Source of the DNA: an uncultured Clostridia bacterium
GTDB lineage: Bacteria > Bacillota > Clostridia > Oscillospirales > Ruminococcaceae
NCBI GenBank assembly: GCA_947627945.1
Contig: CANQYC010000001.1
Location: 1 to 51,555, forward strand
DNA length: 51,555 nucleotides
Direction: 5' to 3'
The notes below the pieces were generated by a model, which made no database searches, was not told the origin of the DNA, and saw only the letters and a list, made by a program, of their open reading frames with translations. The position numbers and the translations under genes were made by a program. This document shows, one piece after another, positions 33,936 to 43,731 of the stretch. The first letter of the stretch is position 1, and each line of letters opens with the position of its first letter.

Positions 33936-35063
33936 ATGCAGAAGTGTCTGGCAATGGCAGTTGTGTGCTGCCTGCTCATGGTACTGGTGCCCGGACGGGC
34001 AGCAGCGGCAGGACCGGAAACATCCGCAAAGGCTTGCGTGCTGATGGAGATGATGACCGGGGAGGTGCTGTATGCATCCAATTCACAGGAAAAACGCTCC
34101 GTCGCCAGCACGACCAAGATCATGACTGCGCTGCTCACACTTGAGAGCGGCGACCTCGATACGCAGTTCCCGGTGGACAATGATGCCATCCATGTGGAGG
34201 GTTCTTCCATGGGCTTGCAGGAGAATGACATCGTCACCCGCCGTGCCCTGTGCTATGGCATGCTGCTGCCGTCCGGCAATGATGCGGCAAATGCCGCCGC
34301 TGTTTCCGTGGCGGGGAGCATCCCTGATTTTGCAGACCGGATGAATGCCCGTGCCAAGGAGATCGGCATGACGAGGACTTGCTTTGTCACGCCCTCCGGA
34401 CTGGAGGCACCCGGACATGGCAGCTCCGCCTATGACATGGCACTTCTGGCGAGGGAGGCAATGCAGAACCCGGACTTCCGGGACATCTGCTGCCAGACAG
34501 AGGCGACTGTCAGCTTCGGAGATCCGCCCTATGAACGGACGCTCTACAATTCCAACAAGCTGCTGAAACTCTGTGACGGTGTCATCGGCATCAAAACAGG
34601 CTTTACGGACGAGGCAGGACGCTGCTTGGTATCGGCATGTGAGCGGGGCGGCATCACGCTGCTCTGCGTGACGCTGGGAGATCCCAATGACTGGCAGGAT
34701 CATCAGCGTCTGTATGACTATGGCTTTTCTCTGGTCAGCCTGACAGAACCGCCGCTGCCGGAGAATATGACACAGACAGTCGTCGGCGGTGTGGAAACGT
34801 CTGTGCCCCTGCGTGCGGCACAGACCGTGACCGTGGCTGCCCGGAACGGAGATGCCTCCGGCATTTCCGTGCGGGTGCTGCTGCCGCCTTTTACCTATGC
34901 ACCGGTGTCGGAGGGCGATGTCCTCGGCGAACTGGTGTATGTCTGTCAGGACAGGGAGATCGCATCTGTCCCGCTCCTTGCAGCGGCAGATGCGCAAATG
35001 CAGCCCGAACAGACGGCGCAGAGCTTCTGGGAGAAGCTGCTGCACCGTGGGAACGGGAAATGA
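33936..35063 (+). CDS. D-alanyl-D-alanine carboxypeptidase (S11 family, DacB/DacF-like)
   Basis: There is a signal peptide. The catalytic motifs are SxxK (SVASTTKIM), SGN (LPSGND) and KTG (GIKTGFT). Confidence 0.92.
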   Translation: MQKCLAMAVVCCLLMVLVPGRAAAAGPETSAKACVLMEMMTGEVLYASNSQEKRSVASTTKIMTALLTLESGDLDTQFPVDNDAIHVEGSSMGLQENDIVTRRALCYGMLLPSGNDAANAAAVSVAGSIPDFADRMNARAKEIGMTRTCFVTPSGLEAPGHGSSAYDMALLAREAMQNPDFRDICCQTEATVSFGDPPYERTLYNSNKLLKLCDGVIGIKTGFTDEAGRCLVSACERGGITLLCVTLGDPNDWQDHQRLYDYGFSLVSLTEPPLPENMTQTVVGGVETSVPLRAAQTVTVAARNGDASGISVRVLLPPFTYAPVSEGDVLGELVYVCQDREIASVPLLAAADAQMQPEQTAQSFWEKLLHRGNGK

Positions 35064-35088
35064 GTACAGTAAACAGTAAGGAGAAACC

Positions 35089-35817
35089 ATGGCAGAGATC
35101 AGAATACAGAAGCTGCTCTCCGATGCGGGCTACTGTTCACGCCGGAAGGCGGAAGCCCTCATCCGGGCAGGCAGGGTGCAGCGCAACGGCAGACCTGTCA
35201 GCCTTGGGGACAAGGCATCACCGAAGGACATCCTCACCGTGGACGGTGAAAAGGTCGCCATCCCACGCAAGAAGACATTCCGTTACCTCATGCTCTACAA
35301 GCCGAGAGGCTATGTGACGACTGTCTCGGACGACCAGAACCGCCGCTGCGTCATGGATCTGCTGGACGGCGTGGAGGAACGTGTCTACCCCGTGGGACGT
35401 CTTGACCGGAATTCCGAGGGACTGCTACTGCTGACCAATGACGGAAATTTTGCCAATGGCATCATGCATCCGAGCCGCCATGTCACAAAGACCTACCGTG
35501 TGACCGTGCGCCCGCCGGTGACGGAACAGCAGCTCGTGCAGCTTGCGGACGGCATCGTCCTGGACGGACGCAAGACGCTGCCGGCGAATGTGCTTGTCCT
35601 GACGAATGAGCCGACACGGGTGGTGTTACAGATCACCATCAAAGAGGGCAGGAACCGCCAGATCCGCCGGATGTGCGAGGCAGTCGGACTGGAAGTCGCA
35701 AGACTGCGCCGGACGGCAGTGGGACCGCTGAAACTCGGTATGCTCAGACCGGGCACATGGCGTGACCTGACACCGGAGGAGCTGCGTGCCATCCGGAACG
35801 CCATCGGGAAAGAATGA
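35089..35817 (+). CDS. rluB: pseudouridine synthase, RsuA/RluB family with an S4 domain
   Basis: The S4 N-terminus is RIQKLLSDAGYCSRRKAEALI. The catalytic motif is GRLDRNSEGLLLLTNDG. Confidence 0.9.
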   Translation: MAEIRIQKLLSDAGYCSRRKAEALIRAGRVQRNGRPVSLGDKASPKDILTVDGEKVAIPRKKTFRYLMLYKPRGYVTTVSDDQNRRCVMDLLDGVEERVYPVGRLDRNSEGLLLLTNDGNFANGIMHPSRHVTKTYRVTVRPPVTEQQLVQLADGIVLDGRKTLPANVLVLTNEPTRVVLQITIKEGRNRQIRRMCEAVGLEVARLRRTAVGPLKLGMLRPGTWRDLTPEELRAIRNAIGKE

Positions 35818-35860
35818 AAAGTCACGAGCCTTAGAGCATGGCAGAAACGGAGTGAACAGG

Positions 35861-36247
35861 ATGCTGAAGATCATCGAACAGAAAGATAAAAACGCCTATG
35901 CCGCACTGCGGGCACAGCTCCCGGCGCATGTGCTGCTGCATATCACTGAGGCAGTGGAGGACAGCGGTGCCGTGAGCGGCTATATCGCCTATGCCTACGA
36001 GCCGGAACAGGTCGTGATCTATGCCGTGGAGGACGGCGGTGATCCCGATGCATGTGATGGGCTGGTGCGTTCTGTCCTGTTCAAGGCGGAACTGCGGGGA
36101 CTGGAGCGGGCTGTCTTTGCAATGGACGAGCCGTCGGCACATCTGCGGCAGTTGGGATTTGTAAGAAATGACGAAAAAACACTTGAAAATATTACGGAAA
36201 TTATGGAAGGTTGCAAAAAATGTAAGGAAAAGCCGGCAGATACTTGA
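35861..36247 (+). CDS. hypothetical small protein
   Basis: The ATG at 35861 lies within ORF-track ORF 35786..36247. I recognise no family. The C-terminus contains CKKCKEK. Confidence 0.55.
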   Translation: MLKIIEQKDKNAYAALRAQLPAHVLLHITEAVEDSGAVSGYIAYAYEPEQVVIYAVEDGGDPDACDGLVRSVLFKAELRGLERAVFAMDEPSAHLRQLGFVRNDEKTLENITEIMEGCKKCKEKPADT

Positions 36248-36340
36248 AAAAAACCGAAAAAAATAGTATGATAGTAGTGTATGCAGAGAGGATCGGCACC
36301 GCCGGTTGCCCTGTGATCTATAGTAGGAAGGAACGATACT

Positions 36341-37693
36341 ATGCAGATGGAGAAAAATGCAGCCAGTCCTGCAAGACAGCGGCTCGCCTCGCTTTTTGAT
36401 GACGGCGTTTACCAGGAACTGGGTGCCTATGTCAAGGAGAAAGATGCCCCGGCAGGTGCCGTGACAGGCTACGGCTATGTCAACGGCAACCCGGTGTGCG
36501 CTTTTGCACAGGATCAGAGTGCCGTATCCGGTGCTGTCGGCATGGCACAGGCGGAAAAAATCGCAAAGCTCTATGCACTTGCCGCAAAGGTCGGTGCGCC
36601 CGTGGTCGGCATCTATGATTCAGATGGTGCCTTCGTGGATGGCACGGCGGTTTCCCTCAACGCCTACAGCAGCATGTTGTCTGCTGCGGCTTCTGTTTCC
36701 GGCGTGGTGCCGCAGATCGCTCTGGTCGCCGGTGTCTGCAATGGCAGTGCGGCTGTGATGGCATGTACGGCGGATCTTGTGATCATGACAGAGGATGCGG
36801 AATTGTACCTCACGCCCGGTGCGGAAAAGAATGCCGGCAGTGCAGAGGTCTGCGCCGCCAATGGCACAGCAGCACTCACGGTCAGCGACACAGATGCCGC
36901 ATTGGCACAGGTGCGTGCCCTCATCAATTTGCTGCCCGTGAACAATTTGGCAGGGGTGCCTTGCATGGAATATGCACCGCCGGAAGCCGGCGGCAGCGGG
37001 CTGACTGCCTGTGTGCAGGGCATTGCTGACGGCGGCAGCGTGACGGAATTGTATGCCGCCTATGCTGACGCAGCCTATACGGCACTGGCAACTGTGAACG
37101 GTGCCACGGTGGGCATTGCGGCAACGAACAAGACGGATGCCGGACTGACGGCGGCAGACTGCGAAAAACTGGCACGTTTTGTCAGATTGTGCGATGCGTT
37201 CTCCATCCCGGTCATCACGCTGGTGGATACCCCCGGTTTTGCCGGAAATACGGAGACAGAGCTTGCCGGTGCTGTCCGGGCAATGACACGCCTTGCAGGC
37301 AGCTATGCGGAGGCAACGACCGCCAAGATCTCCGTGGTAACGGGTACGGCAGTGGGTGCCGCCTTTACGGTGCTTGCCGGAAAGGGCAGCAATACAGACA
37401 TTTCCTATGCGTATGAGACTGCCTGCATCGCTCCGCTCGCACCGGAGGCAGCGGTAGAATTCCTGTGGCATGACAAGCTCCAGGGCTGCAAGGATCTTGA
37501 GGCAAAGCGCAGGGAGCTTGCAAAGGAATATGCGGCAACGCTTGCAAGTGCCGGATCTGCGGCACAGACCGGCGTTGTGGATGAGATCGTCACACCGGAG
37601 ACACTGCGTGAAACGCTTTGCAGTGCGCTGGCAATGCTTGAGGGCAAGCGTGTGACAAATCTCCCGAGAAAGCACTCTAACCTTCCGTTCTGA
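36341..37693 (+). CDS. acyl-CoA carboxyltransferase subunit (methylmalonyl-CoA decarboxylase alpha / transcarboxylase 12S-like)
   Basis: Carboxyl-transferase domain features are present (GYGYVNGNPVCAFAQDQSAVSGAVG, PQIALVAGVCNGSAAV, IPVITLVDTPGF). Confidence 0.85.
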   Translation: MQMEKNAASPARQRLASLFDDGVYQELGAYVKEKDAPAGAVTGYGYVNGNPVCAFAQDQSAVSGAVGMAQAEKIAKLYALAAKVGAPVVGIYDSDGAFVDGTAVSLNAYSSMLSAAASVSGVVPQIALVAGVCNGSAAVMACTADLVIMTEDAELYLTPGAEKNAGSAEVCAANGTAALTVSDTDAALAQVRALINLLPVNNLAGVPCMEYAPPEAGGSGLTACVQGIADGGSVTELYAAYADAAYTALATVNGATVGIAATNKTDAGLTAADCEKLARFVRLCDAFSIPVITLVDTPGFAGNTETELAGAVRAMTRLAGSYAEATTAKISVVTGTAVGAAFTVLAGKGSNTDISYAYETACIAPLAPEAAVEFLWHDKLQGCKDLEAKRRELAKEYAATLASAGSAAQTGVVDEIVTPETLRETLCSALAMLEGKRVTNLPRKHSNLPF

Positions 37694-37732
37694 CGGCGGA
37701 GGACTGAAAATCTATAGATTGGTGGTAAACAG

Positions 37733-38110
37733 ATGATGAAAAGATTCAATGTGACTGTAAACGGCAAGGCATACGATGTTGCTGTCGAAGAGCTTGGTGC
37801 GGGCGCACCCGCAGCTCCGGCGGCTCCTGCTGCACCCGCTGCTGCGCCTGCGGCACCGGCAGCACCTGCCGCTGCACCGGCTCCCGCTGTCGGCGAGGGC
37901 GAAAAGGTATCCGCCCCGATGCCCGGCACCATTCTCGATGTCAAGGTGGCAAGCGGTGCGGCTGTATCCAAGGGCGATGTCATCATGGTACTCGAAGCCA
38001 TGAAGATGGAGAACGATATCGTTGCTCCCTGCGACGGTACGGTGACCAGCATCGTTGTGAAGAAGGGCGATACCGTCCAGAGCGGCGACACACTGGCTAC
38101 TGTTGGCTGA
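37733..38110 (+). CDS. biotin carboxyl carrier protein (1.3S-like)
   Basis: An Ala/Pro linker is followed by the biotinyl-lysine motif LEAMKMEN. Confidence 0.9.
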   Translation: MMKRFNVTVNGKAYDVAVEELGAGAPAAPAAPAAPAAAPAAPAAPAAAPAPAVGEGEKVSAPMPGTILDVKVASGAAVSKGDVIMVLEAMKMENDIVAPCDGTVTSIVVKKGDTVQSGDTLATVG

Positions 38111-38138
38111 AAATAGCGAAACGAAAGGACTTTGTAGT

Positions 38139-39551
38139 ATGGCAAAGGTAAAAATTACTGAAACGGTCCTGCGTGATGCCCACCAGTCCCTGCTGGCGAC
38201 CCGTATGCGCATGGACGAGATGCAGCCGATCCTCGGCAAGATGGATCAGGTAGGCTTTCATTCCGTAGAATGCTGGGGCGGTGCGACTTTTGACGCATGT
38301 CTGCGTTTTCTGGACGAGGATCCGTGGGAGCGTCTGCGCACCATCCGGAAAGAAATGCCCAATACCCGTCTCCAGATGCTGTTCCGGGGACAGAATATGC
38401 TCGGGTACCGTCACTATGCCGATGACGTGCTGGAAGAATTTGTACAGAAGTCCGTGGAGAATGGCATTGATGTCATCCGTATCTTTGATGCCCTCAATGA
38501 CATCCGCAACCTCCAGACGGCGATCTCCGCTGCCAAGAAGGCGACCCGTGACGGCAAACATGCCGATGTACAGGTGGCGATCTCCTATACCACCGGGGAA
38601 GTCTTTACCACGGAATATTATGTAAATTATGCCAAGAAGATCGAGGCTGCCGGTGCGGATTCCATCTGCATCAAGGACATGGCAGCACTTCTCACACCGT
38701 ATAAGACGGAAGAACTGGTCAAGGCACTCAAAGCCAATGTGAAGATCCCGATCCAGCTGCACACGCACTATACCTCCGGTCTGGCTTCCATGTGCCTGCT
38801 CAAGGGCATCGAGGCTGGCGTGGATATCATCGATACCGCCATGTCGCCGCTGGCACTGGGCACTTCCCATGCACCGACAGAATCCATGGTCGCTGCACTT
38901 CAGGGGACGCCCTACGATACCGGACTGGATCTGATGCTGCTGACGGAGATCCGTTCCTATTTCATGGATCTGCGTGCCAAGTACATCAAGGAGGGTCTGA
39001 TCGACCCCAAGATGCTGGCAACGGATGCCGGTGCGCTCATCTATCAGGTACCGGGCGGGATGCTGTCCAATCTTCTGTCCCAGCTCAAACAGGCTGGCAA
39101 GGAAGATCTCCTGAACGAAGTGCTTCTTGAGGTGCCGAGAGTCCGCAAGGATGCCGGCTATCCGCCGCTCGTTACGCCCTCCTCGCAGATCGTGGGGACA
39201 CAGGCAGTGTTCAATGTTCTGAACGGCGAACGGTACAAGATGGTGACCAAGGAATTCAAGGGCGTGATCCGTGGCGAGTACGGACAAACTCCCGTGCCGA
39301 TCGACCCGGAGTTCCGCAAGAAGATCATCGGCGATGCCGAGCCCATCGACTGCCGTCCGGCAGATCTGCTCGAACCCGAGCTTGAAAAACTGCGTCATGA
39401 GTGCGCTGAATGGGCAGAGAGCGAGGAAGATGTCCTCAGCTATGCACAGTTCGGTCAGGTGGCAGTGAAGTTCTTTGAGAAACGCCGTGACAAACGCTTT
39501 GGTCTGGATGGAAAGCACGGCAGTGCAGAGACAGGCGTTCATCCGGTCTGA
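38139..39551 (+). CDS. pyruvate/oxaloacetate carboxyltransferase subunit (OadA / transcarboxylase 5S-like)
   Basis: ITETVLRDAHQSLLATRMR, a HMGL-like TIM-barrel region, and HTHYTSGLA. The ATG is at 38139. Confidence 0.9.
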   Translation: MAKVKITETVLRDAHQSLLATRMRMDEMQPILGKMDQVGFHSVECWGGATFDACLRFLDEDPWERLRTIRKEMPNTRLQMLFRGQNMLGYRHYADDVLEEFVQKSVENGIDVIRIFDALNDIRNLQTAISAAKKATRDGKHADVQVAISYTTGEVFTTEYYVNYAKKIEAAGADSICIKDMAALLTPYKTEELVKALKANVKIPIQLHTHYTSGLASMCLLKGIEAGVDIIDTAMSPLALGTSHAPTESMVAALQGTPYDTGLDLMLLTEIRSYFMDLRAKYIKEGLIDPKMLATDAGALIYQVPGGMLSNLLSQLKQAGKEDLLNEVLLEVPRVRKDAGYPPLVTPSSQIVGTQAVFNVLNGERYKMVTKEFKGVIRGEYGQTPVPIDPEFRKKIIGDAEPIDCRPADLLEPELEKLRHECAEWAESEEDVLSYAQFGQVAVKFFEKRRDKRFGLDGKHGSAETGVHPV

Positions 39552-39564
39552 AAAGAGGCTGTCC

Positions 39565-39924
39565 ATGAAACGGATACGCACGCTGCTGCTCACGGCTGTG
39601 ATCGTGTTTTGCGTCTGCATGACGGCTTGCGGCGGCGGCAATGATATTGCTGTCGATCAGGTCGCCGGGACATGGGTACGCACCATGTCAGACGGCACGG
39701 ATACGATCACATTCAACAAGGACATGACCTATGACAAGACCATTGCGCTCACGTCTGCACCGCCTGTGACGACCAACACCAGCGGCACCTATTCGCTCAG
39801 CGGCGATACCATCAACATCTTCTACTCGGAGTATGGCACGTCTTCTGACTATACAGTGACATTTTCCGGCAATAAGATGACATGGGACAACGGCAATACC
39901 ACGCTGGAATATGTCAAGCAATAG
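39565..39924 (+). CDS. small lipoprotein
   Basis: MKRIRTLLLTAVIVFCVCMTAC|GGGN is a lipobox-type signal peptide. Confidence 0.7.
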   Translation: MKRIRTLLLTAVIVFCVCMTACGGGNDIAVDQVAGTWVRTMSDGTDTITFNKDMTYDKTIALTSAPPVTTNTSGTYSLSGDTINIFYSEYGTSSDYTVTFSGNKMTWDNGNTTLEYVKQ

Positions 39925-40015
39925 TATCAGCTGAAAACGACTGCCCCTCTGCCGCATGGCATGGGGGCAGATCTATCAAGGCAGCCCGACATGCAAGTGA
40001 AAGGGGGTATGCGGT

Positions 40016-40942
40016 ATGCCGATACGCATCCCGGGGGATCTCCCGGCGTATGAAACACTGGAAAAGGAACACATTTTTGTCATGCGCAGCGACCGTGCGG
40101 AGCATCAGGATATCCGTCCGCTGCGGGTGCTGATCCTGAACCTGATGCCCAAGAAGATCGAAACAGAGACACAGCTCATGCGGCTGCTGAGCAACTCTCC
40201 CTTGCAGGTCGATGTGGAGCTGTTACAGGTCGAGCATATCTCCCGGAACACGTCCCTGCGCCACATGGATATGTTCTACAAGACATTCCCGGAGGTGGAG
40301 CAGTGCTTTTATGACGGCATGATCATCACGGGTGCCCCGGTGGAGCAGCTCGACTATGAGCAGGTCGATTACTGGCGGGAGCTTTGCCGTATCATGGACT
40401 GGACAAAGCAGCATGTCTACTCGACCATCTACATCTGCTGGGCAGCGATGGCGGGGCTGTACTATCGGTTCGGTGTCCCGAAATACCGGCTGGACAGGAA
40501 GCTGTTCGGCGTGTTCCAGCACAAGGTAGAATCGGATAACCCGCTACTGCGTGGCTTTGATGACATCTTCCCGGCACCGCATTCCCGGCATTCCGGTCTG
40601 CACCGGGAGGATATCGAGAACGTGCCGGAGCTGGAGATACTGGCTTACTCTCCGCTGGCAGGCGTGTATATCGTCGCCAACCGCAACGGGCGAGAATTTT
40701 ACCTGACCGGACACAATGAATATGAACGCTACACGCTCAAGGAGGAATACCTCCGTGATCTGCAAAAGGGACTGGATATCCAGATACCCTATCAATATTT
40801 CCCGGGAGATAATCCGGGCTGTGAACCGGTGTTCAACTGGCGGTGCCATGCGAATCTGATGTATTCCAACTGGCTCAATTACTGTGTTTACCAGAAAACG
40901 CCATTTGATCTCCGGGAACTTCTGATACAGGAGGAACATTGA
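40016..40942 (+). CDS. metA: homoserine O-acyltransferase (MetA family)
   Basis: MPIRIPGDLPAYETLEKEHIFVM, RVLILNLMPKK and YSTIYICWAAMAG (catalytic Cys context). Confidence 0.93.
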   Translation: MPIRIPGDLPAYETLEKEHIFVMRSDRAEHQDIRPLRVLILNLMPKKIETETQLMRLLSNSPLQVDVELLQVEHISRNTSLRHMDMFYKTFPEVEQCFYDGMIITGAPVEQLDYEQVDYWRELCRIMDWTKQHVYSTIYICWAAMAGLYYRFGVPKYRLDRKLFGVFQHKVESDNPLLRGFDDIFPAPHSRHSGLHREDIENVPELEILAYSPLAGVYIVANRNGREFYLTGHNEYERYTLKEEYLRDLQKGLDIQIPYQYFPGDNPGCEPVFNWRCHANLMYSNWLNYCVYQKTPFDLRELLIQEEH

Positions 40943-40949
40943 CAGGATC

Positions 40950-40983
40950 AGGCACGCACTTCTATCTGACAGGGTGCGTGCCT
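40950..40983 (+). terminator. hairpin after metA (weak terminator)
   Basis: AGGCACGCAC-14 nt-GTGCGTGCCT followed by GTTATG. The T-run is poor. Confidence 0.45.
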
Positions 40984-41258
40984 GTTATGCGCATACCGGT
41001 GCTGCATGCCAATTTTACAGATCCTTTCCCTGAATATCGCCATTTTCTGACGAAGTCTTGTCTCTTTTGTGCAAAATCAACAAGAAATTGAATCCGCCTT
41101 AGTTGAGATTGCGGATAGATTTTTTTGAAAACATATGTTATAATAATAACGAGCATGTAAACCAGTGCAACATTTTCCTGACGGACTGCATTGGTATACA
41201 AAACGCACGCTCCCGTATGGGCGGCGTGTATATGCAATACAAACTGGGAGGTTACACA

Positions 41259-41756
41259 ATGGCTGAAAAAACGAAGAAAACGGTTCCCTTCAGCGGCACA
41301 CCCGAGCAGGAAGCTCAGCTGCGGGCTGTGATCGCCGAACACAAGGACAGCCAGGGCGCACTGATGCCGGTACTGCAGCAGGCGCAGGAGATCTATGGGT
41401 ATCTGCCGATCGAGGTGCAGAAGATCATTTCTGACGAAATGGGGATCCCGCTCGAAAAGATCTATGGTGTTGTGACATTTTATGCACAGTTCTCACTGTA
41501 TCCGAAGGGCAGATACAATATTTCTGTCTGTCTCGGTACGGCTTGTTATGTAAAGGGCTCCGGCGACATTTACAACAAGCTCCAGGAGGTTTTGGGTATC
41601 GGCGGCGGTGAGTGTACTGCCGACGGCAAGTTCTCTCTGGAAGCCTGCCGCTGCATCGGTGCATGCGGTCTGGCACCGGTCCTGACCGTCAATGAAGATG
41701 TTTACGGCAGACTGACGGTGGATGATGTCGCTGACATTCTGGCAAAATATGAGTAA
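41259..41756 (+). CDS. hydC: [FeFe]-hydrogenase NuoE-like [2Fe-2S] subunit
   Basis: The ATG at 41259 follows GGGAGG. The Cys pattern is VCLGTACYVKG...CRCIGACGLAP. Confidence 0.9.
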   Translation: MAEKTKKTVPFSGTPEQEAQLRAVIAEHKDSQGALMPVLQQAQEIYGYLPIEVQKIISDEMGIPLEKIYGVVTFYAQFSLYPKGRYNISVCLGTACYVKGSGDIYNKLQEVLGIGGGECTADGKFSLEACRCIGACGLAPVLTVNEDVYGRLTVDDVADILAKYE

Positions 41757-41812
41757 TGTCCCTGTCTGCACGGGTAGGCAGACAGATCTTACATAACAAG
41801 GAGGAAATATAC

Positions 41813-43717
41813 ATGAAATCGTTGCAGGAGATCCAGGCGATTCGTGAGACAATGCATCCCGAGCTTGCGCTGCGGCAGGAAGACTCCAAGGAAGCAGCCA
41901 GCAAATACGAGAAGCATGTCCTGATTTGCGGCGGTACCGGCTGTACCTCATCCGGCTCCGCTGCCATTGAGAAAGCACTGCATGAGGAGATCGACAAGGC
42001 AGGTCTGCATGATAAGGTGCAGGTCGTAAAGACCGGCTGCTTCGGTCTGTGCGCACTCGGTCCGATCATGATCGTATACCCGGAGGGTACGTTCTATTCC
42101 CGCATTTCTGCGGAAAATATCCCGCAGATCGTTGAGGAGCATCTGATCGGCGGCAACCCGGTCAAGGAGCTGCTGTACAATGAGACCGTCACCGAGGAAG
42201 GCATCAAGTCCCTGAACGAGACGAGCTTCTACAAGAAGCAGCACCGTGTGGCACTGCGCAACTGCGGCAACATCAACCCGGAATGTATTGACGAGTACAT
42301 CGGTAAGGACGGCTACAAGGCACTTGCCAAGGTCGTGAAGGAAATGACACCGGAGGAGGTCATCAAGACCGTGCTGGATTCCGGACTGCGTGGCCGTGGC
42401 GGCGGCGGCTTCCCGACCGGCAGAAAGTGGCAGCTTGCCCGTGACATCGTACCGGATGCTGACCAGAAGTATGTATGCTGCAATGCCGACGAGGGCGACC
42501 CCGGTGCCTTCATGGATCGTTCCGTTCTGGAGGGCGACCCGCATGTCGTTCTTGAGGCAATGGCAATTGCCGGTTATGCGATCGGTGCAACACAGGGCTA
42601 CATCTACGTCCGTGCAGAGTACCCGATCGCAGTAGAGCGTCTGCGCATCGCCATCGGTCAGGCAAGAGAGTACGGCGTACTCGGCAAGAACATCTTCGGT
42701 TCCGGCTTTGACTTTGACATTGATCTGCGTCTGGGTGCAGGTGCATTCGTCTGCGGTGAGGAAACTGCGCTGATGACATCCATCGAGGGCAACCGTGGCG
42801 AGCCTCGTCCGAGACCTCCGTTCCCGGCTGAAAAGGGATTGTATCAGAAGCCCACTATCCTGAACAATGTAGAGACATATGCCAATATCCCCCAGATCAT
42901 CCTGAACGGTGCAGAGTGGTTCGCCTCCATGGGTACCGAGAAGTCCAAGGGTACCAAGGTCTTTGCGCTCGGCGGCAAGATCAAGAATACTGGTCTGGTC
43001 GAAGTGCCGATGGGTACCACACTGCGTGAGGTCGTTGAGGAGATCGGCGGCGGCATCCCGAACGGGAAGAAGTTCAAGGCTGCCCAGACAGGCGGTCCTT
43101 CCGGCGGCTGCATTTCCGCAGAGAATTTCGACATTCCGATCGACTATGACAACCTGATCTCCATCGGTTCGATGATGGGTTCCGGCGGTCTGATCGTCAT
43201 GGATGAGGATAACTGCATGGTGGACATCGCCAAGTTCTTCCTCGAATTCACCGTTGACGAGTCCTGCGGCAAGTGTACACCGTGCCGTATCGGTACCAAG
43301 AGAATGTATGAGATGCTCGACAAGATCACCAAGGGCAATGCAACGCTCGAGGATCTTGACAAGCTCGAAGAACTGTGCTACTATATCAAGGCAAATTCCC
43401 TCTGCGGTCTGGGTCAGACAGCACCGAACCCGGTTCTGTCCACACTCAAGAATTTCCGCAACGAGTACGAGGCACATGTCGTTGACAAGAAGTGTCCGGC
43501 AGGCGTCTGCAAGGATCTGCTGATGTTCTCCATTGATCCGGAGAAGTGTGTCGGCTGCGGTCTGTGCGCAAAGAACTGCCCTGTCAGCGCAATTTCTCAG
43601 GGCGATTATACCGCTCCCGGAAAGAAGCGTGCTGCCTATGTCATTGACACCACAAAGTGCGTAAAGTGCGGCGCATGTATGGATAACTGCCGCCCGAAGG
43701 CAATTTCCAAGGGTTAA
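41813..43717 (+). CDS. hydB: [FeFe]-hydrogenase NuoF-like flavoprotein subunit (NADH/FMN binding, Fe-S clusters)
   Basis: GLRGRGGGGFPTGRKW, the SLBB/4Fe-4S motif ESCGKCTPCR, and a C-terminal 2x[4Fe-4S] ferredoxin (CVGCGLCAKNCP, CVKCGACMDNC). The ATG at 41813 follows AAGGAGG. Confidence 0.92.
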   Translation: MKSLQEIQAIRETMHPELALRQEDSKEAASKYEKHVLICGGTGCTSSGSAAIEKALHEEIDKAGLHDKVQVVKTGCFGLCALGPIMIVYPEGTFYSRISAENIPQIVEEHLIGGNPVKELLYNETVTEEGIKSLNETSFYKKQHRVALRNCGNINPECIDEYIGKDGYKALAKVVKEMTPEEVIKTVLDSGLRGRGGGGFPTGRKWQLARDIVPDADQKYVCCNADEGDPGAFMDRSVLEGDPHVVLEAMAIAGYAIGATQGYIYVRAEYPIAVERLRIAIGQAREYGVLGKNIFGSGFDFDIDLRLGAGAFVCGEETALMTSIEGNRGEPRPRPPFPAEKGLYQKPTILNNVETYANIPQIILNGAEWFASMGTEKSKGTKVFALGGKIKNTGLVEVPMGTTLREVVEEIGGGIPNGKKFKAAQTGGPSGGCISAENFDIPIDYDNLISIGSMMGSGGLIVMDEDNCMVDIAKFFLEFTVDESCGKCTPCRIGTKRMYEMLDKITKGNATLEDLDKLEELCYYIKANSLCGLGQTAPNPVLSTLKNFRNEYEAHVVDKKCPAGVCKDLLMFSIDPEKCVGCGLCAKNCPVSAISQGDYTAPGKKRAAYVIDTTKCVKCGACMDNCRPKAISKG

Positions 43718-43731
43718 GGAGGAACGTTGAG

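Noticed and set aside
38097-39641. 514-aa minus-strand ORF. Similar long antisense ORFs occur at 41948-43477, 43714-45084, 36620-37675, 34083-35090, 26610-27788, 12053-13165, 13472-14641 and 5684-6763.
   Set aside because: Each is antisense to a gene with clear family motifs. None has an RBS-supported start or recognisable domains.
39925-40015. SAM (S-box) riboswitch upstream of metA
   Set aside because: The intergenic region is about 90 nt and is largely taken up by a simple hairpin after the lipoprotein gene. No S-box core elements are visible.
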